Notes: a model not told the origin generated them from the sequence alone. A DNA stretch of 56,175 nt, filler included, from Sphacelaria rigidula (GCA_964200075.2; 6 parts of 6 records of this genome joined end to end with filler, not necessarily neighbours in it); one strand, 5' to 3'. Positions 12,401-27,000 are shown, counted from the first letter of the whole stretch. Numbers and translations are program-made.

Positions 12401-15400
12401 ATAAACGCCGTTCTCCGGCGAACTTGAACCGCCTGAAAATATTCTTATTTCGTCGACGAGATGGGCAGAACAGGCGTCTCTGTGGGGAAAGCTCCCGATC
12501 TTGGAGAACGCTTCTTACAGGGAAAACCCGATGATATATTATTACAAAAATGCGCGGTCGAAACGAACGCTCCGCACAATTTTTCTTGAAATAAACCTTT
12601 CCGGAAGTGTGTATGGCAGTACGACACTGCTTGTACTAGGCACAAAAGATGAACAAGCAATAGCTGATGATTTTTTGCGTCAGTCTTCGATCCTCTTCGT
12701 GCGGATCTCATGAGAGCATGGGGAGCACTTTGAACTGGATTGTGCAAGCTAAAACTGTTGTTGCCCATTTGAGTGATACACCGCCAGTACCTATGAATCG
12801 TGGAGCATAGACAAGCCACTCTACGATTTATCTCAGCATCACTCCTACTTCGTCCATGCAAGTTCTACCGGGAGTGCACTTAGATCTATACCAGCACACA
12901 ACCTTGGGTCACGAGTGATACCCTCCCCCCTTCCTCCTTCCCCCTTTCTTTTTGAGGGTCGGCGTCAGTTGGCAACGACGCTGTAAGCTAGGCAAGCAGG
13001 TCACCGCTTTTTTTTCGCTTGCTTTTTTTGTGGTACCCATGAAGGTCGAGCTAGATCATGTTGGGCAGAGTGGAGAACCTCGATTCCGCGTAGAGGAGAT
13101 AATCATACTAGGCAGTGTTTAAATAGTGAGACACCCATGAGGCAGTGTGGAACCCATGGCTGTCTCTGGATGTGGCGATAGCAGAAATTGAAGCAACTCA
13201 TTGTAGACTGCCATCCATATACGAGATAACCGAAACGCTTCTGGTCGAACAGTCTTATCAAGATGTAGCACACCCTTCATTCGACTGCCGGAACGCATCA
13301 CGGCGCTTCGCGCTTGGTGATTGCTTGCGAGCCTGGTCCGGCGACAACCCAGCGTGCTCCGTCCCGGCTTCGTAGGGGCAGACCCCCTATGGGTTTGACG
13401 TCGGTTGGCAATGACGCGGTGTTCAAATGGTGAAACAGCCACGAGGCAGTGTGTAACCCATGGCCATCTCTTGGAGTGGTGATAATCAGAAAATAAAGCA
13501 ACTCATTGAAGGCTGTTGTTCAAGTGCAAGATGATCAGCACGCTTCGGGCCAAACGATATTGGTAACATGCAGCGCACCCTTCATGCTTCTCGCCGAACG
13601 CATCACGGAGCTTCGCGCTTGGTGATTGCTTGCGACCCCTGGCCCGGCGAAAAACTGGCGTGCGCCGTCCCGGCTTTGTTGGGATGCGAGTTCATGAGTA
13701 CACCCCGCCCCCAGGGGGCACGGAGAGAGTACGCCCCCTCCACGGCAACAATTTGGTCAACCTTGATTCTCTCAATGGGGATGGTCGTTGTTGTTGACAA
13801 ATCGCGGGTGTACCCAGCTATGAGTCAGCGTCCTCCTAGCGAATAAGTGGCGGCGGCAGTAGCGTCATATGGCCCCACGATCGCGTAGGATCAAGGCCTC
13901 CCGCCTTCTAAAGTGAACCGTTTCCGGCTATGGTGGCACCGTGCTTGTACCAGGGTATGCTATCTACCGCCCATCCCTGACCTCGACCCCGAGTGAGGGA
14001 GAGGGACTTGAGTACATGATTGCACAACACCCCATTTTCCCACGTGAGCCCAAATTGGAATGGCGGGTGTTGAGGGGAGAGGGCAATCCAAATCCAACTC
14101 ACGGAGCTACCAGACGTAGACAGGTATCTGAAGCTATCTTGCTTGACTTGTTGAGAACATGTTGATAGACTTGGAGCGGGGAGGTCCTCTGTTGTCGAGA
14201 AATTGGTGCGAGTTGATCTCGAGTCAGAAATATCGGACTGTTGTACGGTGCTGATGCCGAAACCAGTAAGGTGGGTGAGTTTTGAAGTTTTGAAAGTTGC
14301 TGGACGATCACGCCGCACGCTGTCGTAAAGGCGCAGAATAATATCGTTTCACCCAACTATATACCGACGTGCGTTGCGCTGCCCCTGCGGGCAATGCAGC
14401 TGCTTGCAGTAGCCTTCATACTGCTGTTTTTCTGATGGTCTTCGGGCAATTTGTAAAACAGCTTTGTAAAACAAATGGAGGGGCGAGGTGGAGAGATGCT
14501 GGAGCTGAGAAATATGCCATCCTCCGCGATGATGATGATTGTCTGGGCCCCGAAAACGATCACTCAGAGATTGTAGGCACTGCATGTTACCGTCATGCGT
14601 TTTATATCGAAATTTCGAGTACTTCTGTAGTAGGCAACTATCGTTGCTTTACTGGATTGGTGTGTCACCGTGAATTCGTGAGTCGTTGCGGTATGTTGTA
14701 GCGGGTTGCGCTGTGGAGAGCACATTATTTTCGTTGCTGGATATCCATAGTTCTGGACTCTCAGACAACATCCATGAGGAAGTTCCTATATCGTTGCAAA
14801 AACCTGTCACAACCTCTTCTGCCTCGTACGACGCTGTTGAGGGGTTCTTCGGTACTGCATCATCTCTCTGGTGAAAGCGTTCCGTAACGTGATTGGCACA
14901 GACTTGGGTGGATTATTGTTGTCACCCACGGTATTTCCTTAATATGTCACGTATATTCATCTTCGGAAAATGACAACCCTCGCGCTACCATACTTGACTA
15001 CTTGGACGCAAATCACCGGTGTCAGCCTTTCTGAGAACCGTTGATGTTTCTGTTGTCGAGCAGGCGACAGCAAGTCTCTGGTCGGGCCATTCCAAGAGGT
15101 GACCAAGGCGCAGCAGGCGAAGCAACAGCACCAGCTCGATGTCGTTCACGCAGCCTTTAAGCGCCATATTAAACAGTAAGTTTGCTGAGGTAGAGCGCGA
15201 TTACGAGGCGACGAGAAGGCCGAGAGGGCTCGGGGGACAGTGCACCTCTCTATTTCCGTCTGCTTTTGCCTGGTTTATTGGAATATTTTCCACCATCGTC
15301 ACCCGGGCAGATTAGTGCACTCGTGTTCCCTCTTTACTTCCGTCGGGACATTTGCGTCTATCGGGTGTTGTCGTGTAAATGTGTCCAATCGCTTCAACTG

Positions 15401-17713
15401 TTGTTATTCATGTCATCTTCTCAGGTCACTTGCACCTCATGTCGGTCCTGTTGTTTCGTGCTTGAAAATATGTGCTTCCTGGCATATAGATACAAATATA
15501 TATTTTCTGCTTGCATCTCTTTTTTTTGTGCGCCACATTTTCCCTCATTTAGCTTTATACCCTCGCATCTGAATGAAACTTGTGTTCCATGATTTTGCTG
15601 TCCGTTCGGATCTTCACCATCTCCTGCGTGCAGGTATCGGCCGACGGTGGACGTGGACATGGTGGGCACAGGGGAAGTATGGCTGGGGCTGGAAGCGGTT
15701 GAGATGAAGCTCGCTGATGAGGTAGTTGGCGATACTTCGCCACAAGTGCCGTACTGTAGGTTAGCCGGGATGATACCCCTCGGTGACTATGGTGTTAAGC
15801 TCGATTGTCTTCGAAGGCTGGTGATGGTGATACAGGTGTACCGCACTTACGATTACGGGGGATATCAGTCCCCCGCTGAAAGAGTTTTACCCTGGACCCT
15901 GGAAGGCTGCGGTGCCAGCGACGCTGAAGCTGTTTCATCCAGATGAGCCCGTGATATCGTCCCTGTTGCGGTTGATGTGGCGAGGTGCGCCTGCGTACGT
16001 TTTGGATGCAGGAAGGCCAGCCGACGTACTTACCCCTTCCCATGGAGAAGTTCATGTTCTAGGTTCACTGATGAGACAGCTGAAGGCGCCACGGATACGG
16101 GGAAGTACGTATCCATTAAACTCCGTCGACTACATCCCGCACAAACTTCCTCTTTATTGTTATAATGAGCAAAACAAGAATACGGTCGAACTCCTCACTT
16201 CGATTTCCAATTCCTCTTTTCGTGCTTCCCCTTCTGGCGTAGATAAACACCAGTGGCCAGTATCTGCAAGGTCGGATGTCTGAGGCGGATGTGTTCTTGG
16301 TGAAGGCTCACCAGAAGAAGGCAATGAAGGGCGCGTCATCGATCGTACGGCAGCTGTTGCTTGGACCCCTGGCCTCCTCCTCTCAACTTTTGTCCAGGTT
16401 CGTGTTACTATTTGATACCCCTTGTTGGTTCATGTCAAGATAAAACGGCAACGACAACGTGGTTTCGAAGGGTGTTTCTCAGTGTGACCCGTATCCTTCC
16501 TTGTTCCCCCCCACTCTCTTTGAAAAGAGGGGAGAAGACGGAAAATCGAACACATCCGACAACACATCGCCAAAATCCAACGGTCGATTCATTGAAGGCT
16601 TTTGAGGCTTACATTTTCCTCTCTACTTCACACCGGGTATTAGGCGGCGGGAGAATCAGCCTGGAACAGCTCCCTGCCTCAAACTAAATGTACCTCTGAC
16701 TAGCATGTGGAGCTCAAGTATTCCCCCGAAAACCAACCCTGCCGTGGGCGTCGGCCTGAAAATGGCCGGCCACAGAAGTGCTTCACCCCTAATACACTGA
16801 CCATTTTTGTGGCGTCTACAAGTAAGCCTTGGCTGAGATTTGCGTTAATCTTGAAGAGTCAAAATCTTACAAGAATCATGCGACTTGTTATAGTACATCT
16901 CCCATGATATCGGCGGTTGCTTTATTTTAATAATTGGCCAAGGCAATAATTCCCACTTGGTTACTGCAAGTCCCGATGTAGACGGCTTAGCCGATGTTTT
17001 CACGAAATTAGAAGCAAAAGTAAAATATATATTGCACCGTACACCATCGTTCTCGCAATCCTCTCACCGTTCTCCGGTTGTACCTCTCTTTTCCGTCCAC
17101 GTTGTGCTGTATATGTACGGGTCACCATTTTTTCAGTGCCCGCTCATGTCTTGTTTTTGTCCTCGTATTCCCCCCCCTCCCCTTCATTTTGTCGTTCGTT
17201 GCTTCCCTCAAAACTCGTGCCATTATTTTGGCACACAGCCTGGTGGCCATCGCGAACGCACTCCGCTATTTGTCATCTTTCGTCAACGGTGGGCCAGGAC
17301 AAAAACATCACCGTAGCGGCACAATGAATAACCTCGGCTTGTTGTCGTCGTCAGCGTCCAGAGCAAATTGGTGTAACAGCGACGGCAATATCAATGGCGG
17401 TTGCAAAGCCTGCGGTATCAGGACGATGGAACATGACATGCTTCCGCCAGCAACAGGATTTTTTCCCCATCCATCAAGCACAGGAGATTGCAGTACCACC
17501 ACCACCACTAGCAATACTTGCAGGCCAGGCTTGTTGTCTGGGTGTTCGGAAGTAGAAGCGATGAGCAATGCTGGGGGTCTACCTCGCGATGGGTTTTCCA
17601 CCGCTGCATCTGGTGTGTTTGCAGCCACATCTGGGATTGTGGCAAATCCGGGTGTTGCACCGAGTGTGGGAGATGCTTTATTTGTGGGTGTAGAGAGTCC
17701 GGCCTGCAAGTAA
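9484..17713 (+). CDS. Peptidase family S49 (SohB/SppA-like signal peptide peptidase), 5'-partial, 5 exons
   Basis: Phase-compatible AG/GT exons 9484-9640, 15064-15175, 15634-15721, 16243-16397 and 17239-17713 splice to IAASGGYMMACVADWLVVAPFAMLGSIGV...FTAGDSKSLVGPFQEVT...VHAAFKRHIKQYRPTVDVDMVGTGEVWLGLEAVEMKLADEINTSGQYL. This follows SohB motif order (AASGGY catalytic Ser, GSIGV, AGxxK, TGExW, DEIxTS). Upstream exons were not found and may lie in the 9282-9381 gap. Confidence 0.9.
10055..10170. repeat. (AAT)n-type degenerate microsatellite
   Basis: Directly visible. (GT)n is at 9693-9716 and (AC)n at 2638-2653. Confidence 0.95.
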
Positions 17714-20700
17714 AGATGTGAGTCACTTGTTATCTGGCCTGGTGGATCGATCGATGGCCTTTTTTGGTCACGATTTCTGTCCAAGATAATGAAGAAATAG
17801 GTCAAGGCGACAAAGTGCTTTTGGTGGTCGTCGCGTGGATCAAGTATGAGAGAAGTGAAGTGAGCTCAACTCCTTCTAGCTGTTGTCGACGAGCTGTCCT
17901 CGTGTAGGCTTGAAACTCGTGCTTCGTCCTCCGCAGTGTCCGGTAGTACGAGATATATCCTTGTGACGTGTGTAAATAACAGGGTGATGAATGACAGGGG
18001 AAAGGGGATTGATCAATTCACAGGTGGCGTGGAGTATCGACTGTCAAACAAGATTAGCCTTGGACAAAGGCTCTAGCATTACCGATAGTGTTTGAAGAGT
18101 CGTGTCGCACTAGAAAATGGTGATCATGAAGAATTCGGCACAACGATGGGAGGCGGGGGATCATCCCATCGGACATGTGTTTTTGGAATTTCCTGCCTTT
18201 CTCGGCTATCAACGCTCCCGACCGCCTATTTATTTCGTCGAGTGCTGCTGCCGTCGACGCAGTCGTTGACGTCCCCCCCGACGCGTCCGAGACTCTCTCT
18301 TTAGGCGTAGAGTACTCCTTGATCTCGGTGGTGTAACTCATCTGGGTGGGCGCCCACTACATCACGCAGTTCCGTTTGCAGTGGAAATGGCTCAAGTACG
18401 ATTGCACTACTGGGGGGTGGCCCTAGCGCGTTTGCCTCGTTCGATGCCCACTGGCATTCCGGGAGGCACGTGTTGTACGTGTACGTCAAGACGGATCTAA
18501 AAGGAGTGGCCAGGGATAGATCGAGAGAACCTAGCAGGAACTTGCCGAGCGACGACTCCGGTCTCAGCTCCGCCTTTCTGCGCACCCTTGACACTTTCTA
18601 CGATAGCTCCCCCCCAAAACCAGCTAAAATTGTCACGAAAAAATGGCCGTACAGCACCTGNNNNNNNNNNNNNNNNNNNNNNNNNNNNNNNNNNNNNNNN
18701 NNNNTTAATTAATTAANNNNNNNNNNNNNNNNNNNNNNNNNNNNNNNNNNNNNNNNNNNNTCATGATTTTTCTTGTGTTTTTTGTTTTTTTTTTTCAAGG
18801 GCTTGTCGAGAGAAAATTTGGACACGGAGCGCCCCCCCCCCCCCCCCCTCCCGGAGGCCAAGTTTTCGAAAGTGGTCGTGATTTTTTCATTTTTTTTCTC
18901 TCAATTTTTATGTTGAAATTATTGAAAGAAGTTGATGAGCAAACACTGACAAAAAGAGAAAAGTCTGGCGGGCTTTGCGAGGTTCGTATATTTGCTTCTG
19001 GTACTTGCTCGCCCTGTCTCGATGACCTCGAATGCCGGCAAAGCTTATATATATCTATGTTCAATGCACGAGCGCATGGTAGCGACAGCCTGCAGCCGAA
19101 GTGGCAACATTACCTCACGCCTAGCCAAATTTGCCCGGACTACTAGTGGTAGGTAGTCGAGGCACACGACACGGAACAGCATCCCATGAATGTCATCATG
19201 GTAGGTGATGAGCTTGGGGGCGCGGTGTGTCTGCCCTCTCAGCGACTTCCATGCCAAGGATTTCTGTACAGGGCAGCTGACCGCATCCGTCAACGCCTCG
19301 GCAATATACTAGGGGACAGCAGGCTTGGTGTCCCCCCCCTCGAAAACTCGAATTTTCGATCTTGGGGCCTACGTGTCCCGAAACATATTTTTTGACAGAC
19401 CGGTGATGTGTGTCAAGCGTTTCATTATTTTTAGCATCGGGTCGACTTGTGGGCTGAACGCTTCCTCCAGGGTGTGGAATCTAATGCTCATTCGAGGGCA
19501 CCCGGTAGTCTGGAATCCCAGACATCCGTGCATTTTACACCCCCCTCCCCCCTCGCGAGGAAAGTTTCGAGTCTTGGAGACCTAAAGGTTGAACGCAATA
19601 CTACCCAATACTCCGCATTAAAATCAAGCAATTATTGACCACGTACCAGAATCAAGTAGCTTTTGGACCGATACTGAGCTCGTCGAGTAGATCTCGACAC
19701 CAAGCGAAACACAAAACCAAGTAGACATTTTCCATTTGTTCTTGCTATTGTCTTCTCTTCTTGCTTTCGTCATGTTTTGTTTCTGCGGTCTACGTACTTC
19801 AAGCAATGCGGCAGGTTCCTGTTAGGGGACACTCTCTCGGGACAGGTACTAGATCGTAGCTTGGTGTTTTCCTTGCTCTCCCCTTCCCCTCTGTATCCCC
19901 GCATTACTCTCCCGACCTTTCCTTGTCTCCAGTATGCGCTGCCGGTGTTCTTTTCCCCTTCCCATCATTTCCCTACCTCGAGTTTTCCCCAGCAAGTGTG
20001 TGCGATATGTATGATGGGGACATCTACATTGCAACCACGGCTGGATTCGCAGCGAGTCACTCAATGTGCAATCACCAATCAACAAATTGATCCATTAGTG
20101 TAGTCCACGGCATCAAATGAAGGGCCGGGATCCCGCAGCTACGGATCCCATATTCAAACGAACAACAAGTGTATATTGACTGAAACGCTGCTTACATGGC
20201 ACCAAAACCAAGTAGCCTTTCACACGGTGCTCAAGCCTGGTGTTGTTCAATACCATACTCTCGCTGATTATGTAGTTTTGTTCCTCGATCGCATGGGCTT
20301 TTTATCCGGGCCAGTCGTCGAAAGATAAGCATCTCGAGGCGAAAAAAATGGAGGTACCATTCCTCCGGCAGGGCATACGTCACTGCAAAGCGAAGTGCAG
20401 GTGATACTCTCCAATGCTGAAGATATACTAGCACCGAGACAGAGCTTGGGTGTAAAAACCCAGTCGACGGCACATCAAAAGAAATAGTTTCCGTGAAAAA
20501 CAAGGTGCTAATACGTATACACATGCTAAAACATAACGGCGCAAGCAAAAAAGGACGCAGAAAAAAGCAAGCCACCCACTAGCATCTAACACGTGGTAAC
20601 CAGACAAACAGAAGAGTAAGACAAACCAAGAGAACCGAACACAAAGAGCGGATGCAGTTGGGCGCAGCGGGTGGTGGACGAAGTAGGTTTATTTCATTCT

Positions 20701-21012
20701 TTTTTTTTGCCTGTTTTTGTCTTCTTGTCTTCTGTAGACATTGGTAGAGGATGACACACATTGGAGGAGTATTCTACCCCCCTTACGGGGGGCACATCAG
20801 TCACTTGACCCCATCAACCCCACACCCCCTCCAGTCCGAAACCACCGGATGTAACTTTTAGGGTCTTGGTGTCTCAACCTCAATTTACCGAAACCTTTCG
20901 CACGCTTGAAGTTATGGACAAAGTCTGTGTTGGCTACTTGTCATCTCAACACTACGTTTGAAAAAAACATTGGCTCGACTGTGGTGGGATCGTGGAAAGG
21001 TGATACCTCCGC

Positions 21013-24000
21013 GTGAAACTCTACCTCCGTGTGCAACTCGCCAGGCAACAGGGCTACCAAATCGGAAATGTCTCCGGAAGGAGGGTGAAATATAGGAGAA
21101 GTAAGCCGAAGTTTAAGAAGGGTAGCTGTGCGCATCGTGGTAAGATCAGCGATAGTTCAGCTGCGCCAGGGTTTTCGCTATCCCCTATACTGGAGCAGTC
21201 TCTCAGCGACGCAGACGATGAAAGTACTACAATCAATACAGCACGGGAAGGTATGCCCTCGGTTTCAGGCGACTACGAAAGTGAGCAGGGTATGTGTACA
21301 TCGCAAGGAGAATCACTTCTCTCCACTGGCGGAACTTCTCTCAGCACAGCAATTACTACTAATTACGAGGCGGCTAAACACAAAGATTTCCTTGGAGTCG
21401 TCGGTCAGAGTGGTCGCACTCCTGGAAACAGCACTCGTGAATCCCAAAATATCACAGAGGAAAATACAGATCTTGTATATACCGAAGACGATGGCGGCGC
21501 AGAGTTGACGAAACCATCCCATTCTTGTGATGTCGGCGAGGATGCATCATGCCCCACGGACAGCGTACCGCAGCGTGAAGCCGATGAACGGTCGTTGATA
21601 GACACTGGAAGCGATCCCGGGGCAACAGTTCAGATGTTGAAGCGAGTGGCCAGCACGAGAAGGGCGATGTTGCTCCTCAAAAGTTGTTCCACCGATTCCA
21701 TGAATCTGCCCTCCCGGAAGCACGGCAGCTGTTCCAGCAGACATGGCCTGTATTCAACCAGCAGACGAGATGGAATTTCTACAGGAACATCATCAGATGA
21801 GGATACAGATGACCAACACGAGGAGAGGCTACTCACAGCACGCGCAACGTCTGGTGAATTGGCAGCGGCGGAAGATTTGGGGCAACGCCGTCAAATGTCT
21901 TTCGCAGTCACCACTCATCACTCTCCCTCGGAGCAACAGGGTCTAGCAGGTATACAGCAATGTTCTGATGACCATGGGAGCGAGGGGATGTTTACGAGGC
22001 GATCAGGTGCTGCCTGGAGCAGCCGCCAAACCCGCACTCGAAAAACGACAGACGCGAGGAGTGCAGATCTCAGGGTATCTACTCGCTTCACCGGCACACA
22101 TAAGAACTCTATCGATTGGAAACCTAGCAAGCGTCGTGCGGAGAAAGCGAGACGGGCCAGCAGCACCGCAAGAACGAGGACTGCTGTAGACCACTCCAAA
22201 CATCCAAAATATCGATTCAACGGGCCTTCAGCTAGACCCGGTGGGGAAAATGTCGACGGCAAGTATAGAGAGCATCTCAAACGCAGCGTCCATGGTGATC
22301 GGAGTCAGGGGCAACCACGACGAGAGCAAGAGAGCAACAGCCACGCGGCGAAGGTAACCCATCCTGCCAGAAGCGAAAACCTCCAAAGCTACACACCTTA
22401 TGATACTGCCAATAGATCTCCCAGCAGGCAAACAACCGGAAGCGTTGACAGGATGAGCACGGCGGGAAGGCGATTAAAAGCAGTGGGCGGGCGTGTCTAC
22501 TCCGAACCCCTTAGTGGGGCAGAAAAACGCAATACCCAAAGCTCACATGATACACTGGACCAACGCCGCACTCAGGCTTCCGATGGACCCAGCGATGGCC
22601 GTGTGTCGGTTCCCGATTCTGCGTATCGCTCGGAAAGAGCACCTTGCGATGGATCGTCCTCGCCAAAGTCCCCACTAGTGTCCCTGTCATCACGAGACAA
22701 GAACGGAAAATCTAACGAGATTCATCACGGCAGCGCACTGTGGGAACCATTGTCCATGAGTGGCAAGGGTAGCTGCAGCGACGGAGGGGATCACGAGCAA
22801 TCTGCTACAGGAGGTATGAATTGACGTAGCGAATGTTGAAGACATCATATCTCTTGTGATTTCATGGCATTTTTGTCGGATGATGCTAACGTTTCCTTGT
22901 TTCTACGTAACCGTTGGATCTCAAACCTTTTGAATGTCTTGATTTTTAATGCAGGTATAATCTTCATATACATCGATCACCGAGTCTGGTTCCATTTTTT
23001 ACCGGGTAGAATTCGACGTGGGTAGATATGAGAATAGCGGTCAAAGAAATATGATTGCGGACGAGTCTAGCGGAGGTGGTGCGAATAGCTCTTCCGAAGG
23101 AACGACCAAGAGATTGAGGTGATGACGAATGCTTGGGGTTCATGGCGTGCCGGGCTTACACCGCGTGTGGCGTTGCCGCTTACACCTTTTCGCCCGAGGA
23201 CTTAAGCAGCAGATCAACAGCGGGAGCAAACCCCTCGGTACGAGTGTCAAGATATCGCGGGAGAACATACGGTGGGAGAGGACGTGGAGGATGGAGTAGA
23301 CGACGAAGAAGCCAAGCTGTTACCGAAAACATCCGAGTTGTTTCCTGCGGATACACGCAACACAGCTGGTGTCGCAACAGCAGCATCGTCGAATGACCCG
23401 GTCACGCCTCCTGCGGCCCGCACACGCAATACTCTAGACAAGCTGGCTACGATATGCGATCGAGCGCTTGCGTTAGGCACTCGGAAAACGGCGACAAAAG
23501 AAAAAAACAAGGGCGTCGACGGTCACCAAGAAAAAGCAGAACCCCAAGAACAGCTCGAAAATTCCAACAATATTGCTGGATGCACAATATTCTCTTCCAA
23601 AGTAAAGGTCAGGTCGGCAAAAGAGGTTCAAAACATGACAGCGGAAGGGTCGGGGGCGGAAGGAAACTCTGGCATACACGATTCTTCCCAGGGGGGCGAC
23701 AGCAGCGACCTAGTGGACGGAGACGACATCGGAGTGAGAGGGCGGTTGGGAATATCGTCGCCTACTCAACAAGGACGATCAAGAGGGGAAGACGTGAGAG
23801 CAATTTCCACTTAAAAGTACATAAGTAAATGTGCGCATCTATAGATCTCGAAATTCGCTGAGCGGCATTGTTTGGTGCCAATTGACCCCACAGCGCATTC
23901 AAAGTGCGGGCAGAGCGCCGACGGTTTCTGGCAGAAGGTTCCGTGTCCCAGCCGTCGTGGCTTGTAAAATCATGACATGCTTCAGTTCGTCAAACAAAGG

Positions 24001-27000
24001 CCGTATTGCCTGGCTTTTGCATGGTTGCAACGGTAGTGCACGTCACGATTCCGACATAATAAAAAAATAGCGGAGATATGGGTCACTGTATGTTCTCGGA
24101 AGGTCAAGCACGGTGCAACTTCACGTTCACGGTGGTGGCATGATTCCCTCCAAAACAAAGTTTCCCATCGAATAATTCCACCCAGCCCTCAAGACTCTCC
24201 CCCCAAATCCCAAACTTCAACTGAAGAGGTCATGTACAAAACATGCACCTCCTCCTGGGGGAAATGACGATGTTCACGAGACGGAGAATCAGGGAGAGCA
24301 GCAGCGTAGCCCAACACATGCGAGTATCTGGGCAGCAGTCCGAGCGGCAGACGTGGACGGGATATGCGTGCAGTTGGCTGCCGGGGCCGCCATTGACGAG
24401 GCAGACGAAAAAGGTGAGGAGCAAGACAGGGGGCACAGTTTTATGATTTTATTGTCTCCATTTGGAAATTCCTTACCCACGTTATGGGGTACAATATTGT
24501 AAATGTACGATGGCCTTACGTTTGTCCTCAACTGGTTTTCGTTCAGGGTTGTCGATCAAGACTTTATATGTTGGAAGGTCTCAAGAAGTGGTGAAATAAC
24601 CGAATGACTCCAAGCTCAAAGATGGTTGTGAAGATCTCGGCGTTTCCTCGATCCCCCCTAGAGACTAGATCTTGTGGGCGTACACAGGATAGCTGACGAG
24701 GGTACAAGCGCACGAGCGATTGACACGCCGCGGTAAATAAAAAAAAATACAAACACGTCGTACTCGATTACTGAATCAACAATGCTTATGTCTGAACGGG
24801 GAATTCTGATGCAAAATGTGAATACTGCTGCACCTAAAAAGCTGATGTTCGAAATCCCCACCGTATCCGCCTCAACTGCCCAATCACGATGGACAAAACA
24901 GGACGTACCCCGCTCATGGTCGCCTGTGCCGCTGGGGATTCGTGCATCGCGAATTATCTTCTCAACGCCCTTTCTCCCCCAGCAAGCGTGGCCGCCCGAA
25001 CGCTGGAGGATTGGACACCCTTGATGATTGCTTGCGGGGGCGGGTGGCTCGACGTCGTCAAGATTTTGATGGCGGCTGGGGCAGCGTTGTGGGACAAAGA
25101 CTCTGTTTATGGGTCGAACACCCTGATGTGGGCATGTGGGGGCGGGCACGTGAATGTGGTCAGGTCGGTGGTGCGTCTGCTGGTTCATCGGTTGGACTCT
25201 ATTTGAAATAGCGTCGCTTCGTTTTGGTCCAGAAAATGTACACTTCACAAGTTCTGGTAGGGGTGTCAACAGTGGACTCACTATTTAGAATGTTTCCGAG
25301 AGCTCTCCTGAAACGTCTTCTTCAAATGAGACATTTTTCTTTCGTTCAGTACACCATGGCGCTGTTCCGTGCGAATACCTGCGAAATCTCCAGGTTGGTC
25401 CTCAATGTTCGTATGTTTATGCTGTACACTTATGCGTCGCTACATGCTTCTAGCTGGGGCTGGAGTTTTGCCAATACATTCATTTGTGCGGCTAGCGCTT
25501 GTGGGCATTGCGGAAAAATAACTCGACAGGAATCACGCAGTATGGGCTGACACGCGTTCAGAGATGCCACACAGTGTAGCGTAGTCTCGAAGTGAGGACG
25601 CGTCACCATATTTTCTCCCTGAGTCGGTCATGACTTCGAAATATCAGAAAGTAGCGAGATTCTTTGTCGAGCAGTCGGGATGGAATGGGTTTTCCCTCCC
25701 CCGAAAGGCATCAAGTCGCTTTTTCCTCGGTTCCAGTCGTTCGTTCCAGACACACCCCAATGTTTCCAGATGGCGCACTGATCTCTGCGAACGCTGATAC
25801 TCCGTCGTGACATTCCAATTCGATCCGACGAAACGATAATATGATCGGTTCATTTTTCTTCGTTGTCATTGGGAAGGTTTTTACTCGAGAATGGGGCTCT
25901 GGAGTTGCTGTCGTCCGTCAATACCGATATGTGGTCTCCGCTAATGATAGCCTCCGATGCGGGCAGCTTGGAGACGGCAAGGACGCTGGTGAGGAAAAGT
26001 ATATGGGGCAACGGAAAATGTTGTCACCGTACAACGCTAGCTTCGTGAAACTGACGCGGCGGTAAGTACGCCGTAATTGTTTTCGCTCTTAAAACCGTTG
26101 TTGTAGTCCACAGGAGGCCGTCTATCACACATAGCGGTATGGCATCGTTGGTCCCATTGGTGAGTCCTACCATTTTGCCGCATGGTACCACCCATGTAAA
26201 TCCGGAGGGCACTCGTGCGAGCACATGGTCGTACCACGGGATGCTGTGATGCTCTCATACAGGTACCACATTAAGATCTCACGAACATCTTTATGGGACT
26301 ATCACCGCCCTTGTATCCCACTTTCATGTGCTACGCTTTCCATGGTAGTGCCATGATAGTACCGTGATACCGCGGAGCAGTACGACTGTAGTCATCTGCC
26401 TCTTTGGCACAGTATTTGCTACCAGAGTGTGATACCGTTGTCACCGCACCCAGAAACAACTTTCAGGTTTCGCTAATGGCAGCACGTTCCTCCGTACTGT
26501 GACCGTTCTAGGGAGAATCTCTCCGTCGCGGAAGGTTCACGATCTTCCTTCGTCGGAGTTACGGTTATAGTTGGGAGCAAGGTTGGACTGATGGGGAATG
26601 TCGAGCCTGTCGCGATGGATCATCCTGTAGACCATTAGCACAGGCTCAGTTGGCAGAAATTGCAGCACCGGGCGGGGGATAATCACAGGTGTTAGCGTTT
26701 TTACGTACAAGGCGGGGAGTGTATCACACTCGTTCCATGAAATCAGCTTGGATTTACTGTCATCTCCTGGAAGTTCCATCACACTCCCATCGTACCGTTG
26801 TGGTGGTATGATGAGCTAACCTACCCTGAGGCGTGCGTGGTAGTGTCGTGGGAGGACCTACATCGCGACCAACACTGCCAGGCCCCCGCTCGAATTCACA
26901 TATTGAATTCACAGCTGCCAACTTTATGCAGAAGGCGGTTATTTACGTCTAGACAAGAGTGTTGGGTGGTTGGACGGGGCTGTTCTATTTTCTAGGGCTG

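Noticed and set aside
13750..14930. Coding-like decayed sequence in the peptidase intron (similarly 15730-16150, 18050-18600, 19050-19330, 26500-26880)
   Set aside because: Probably TE relics, but I could not find diagnostic motifs strong enough to name a family.
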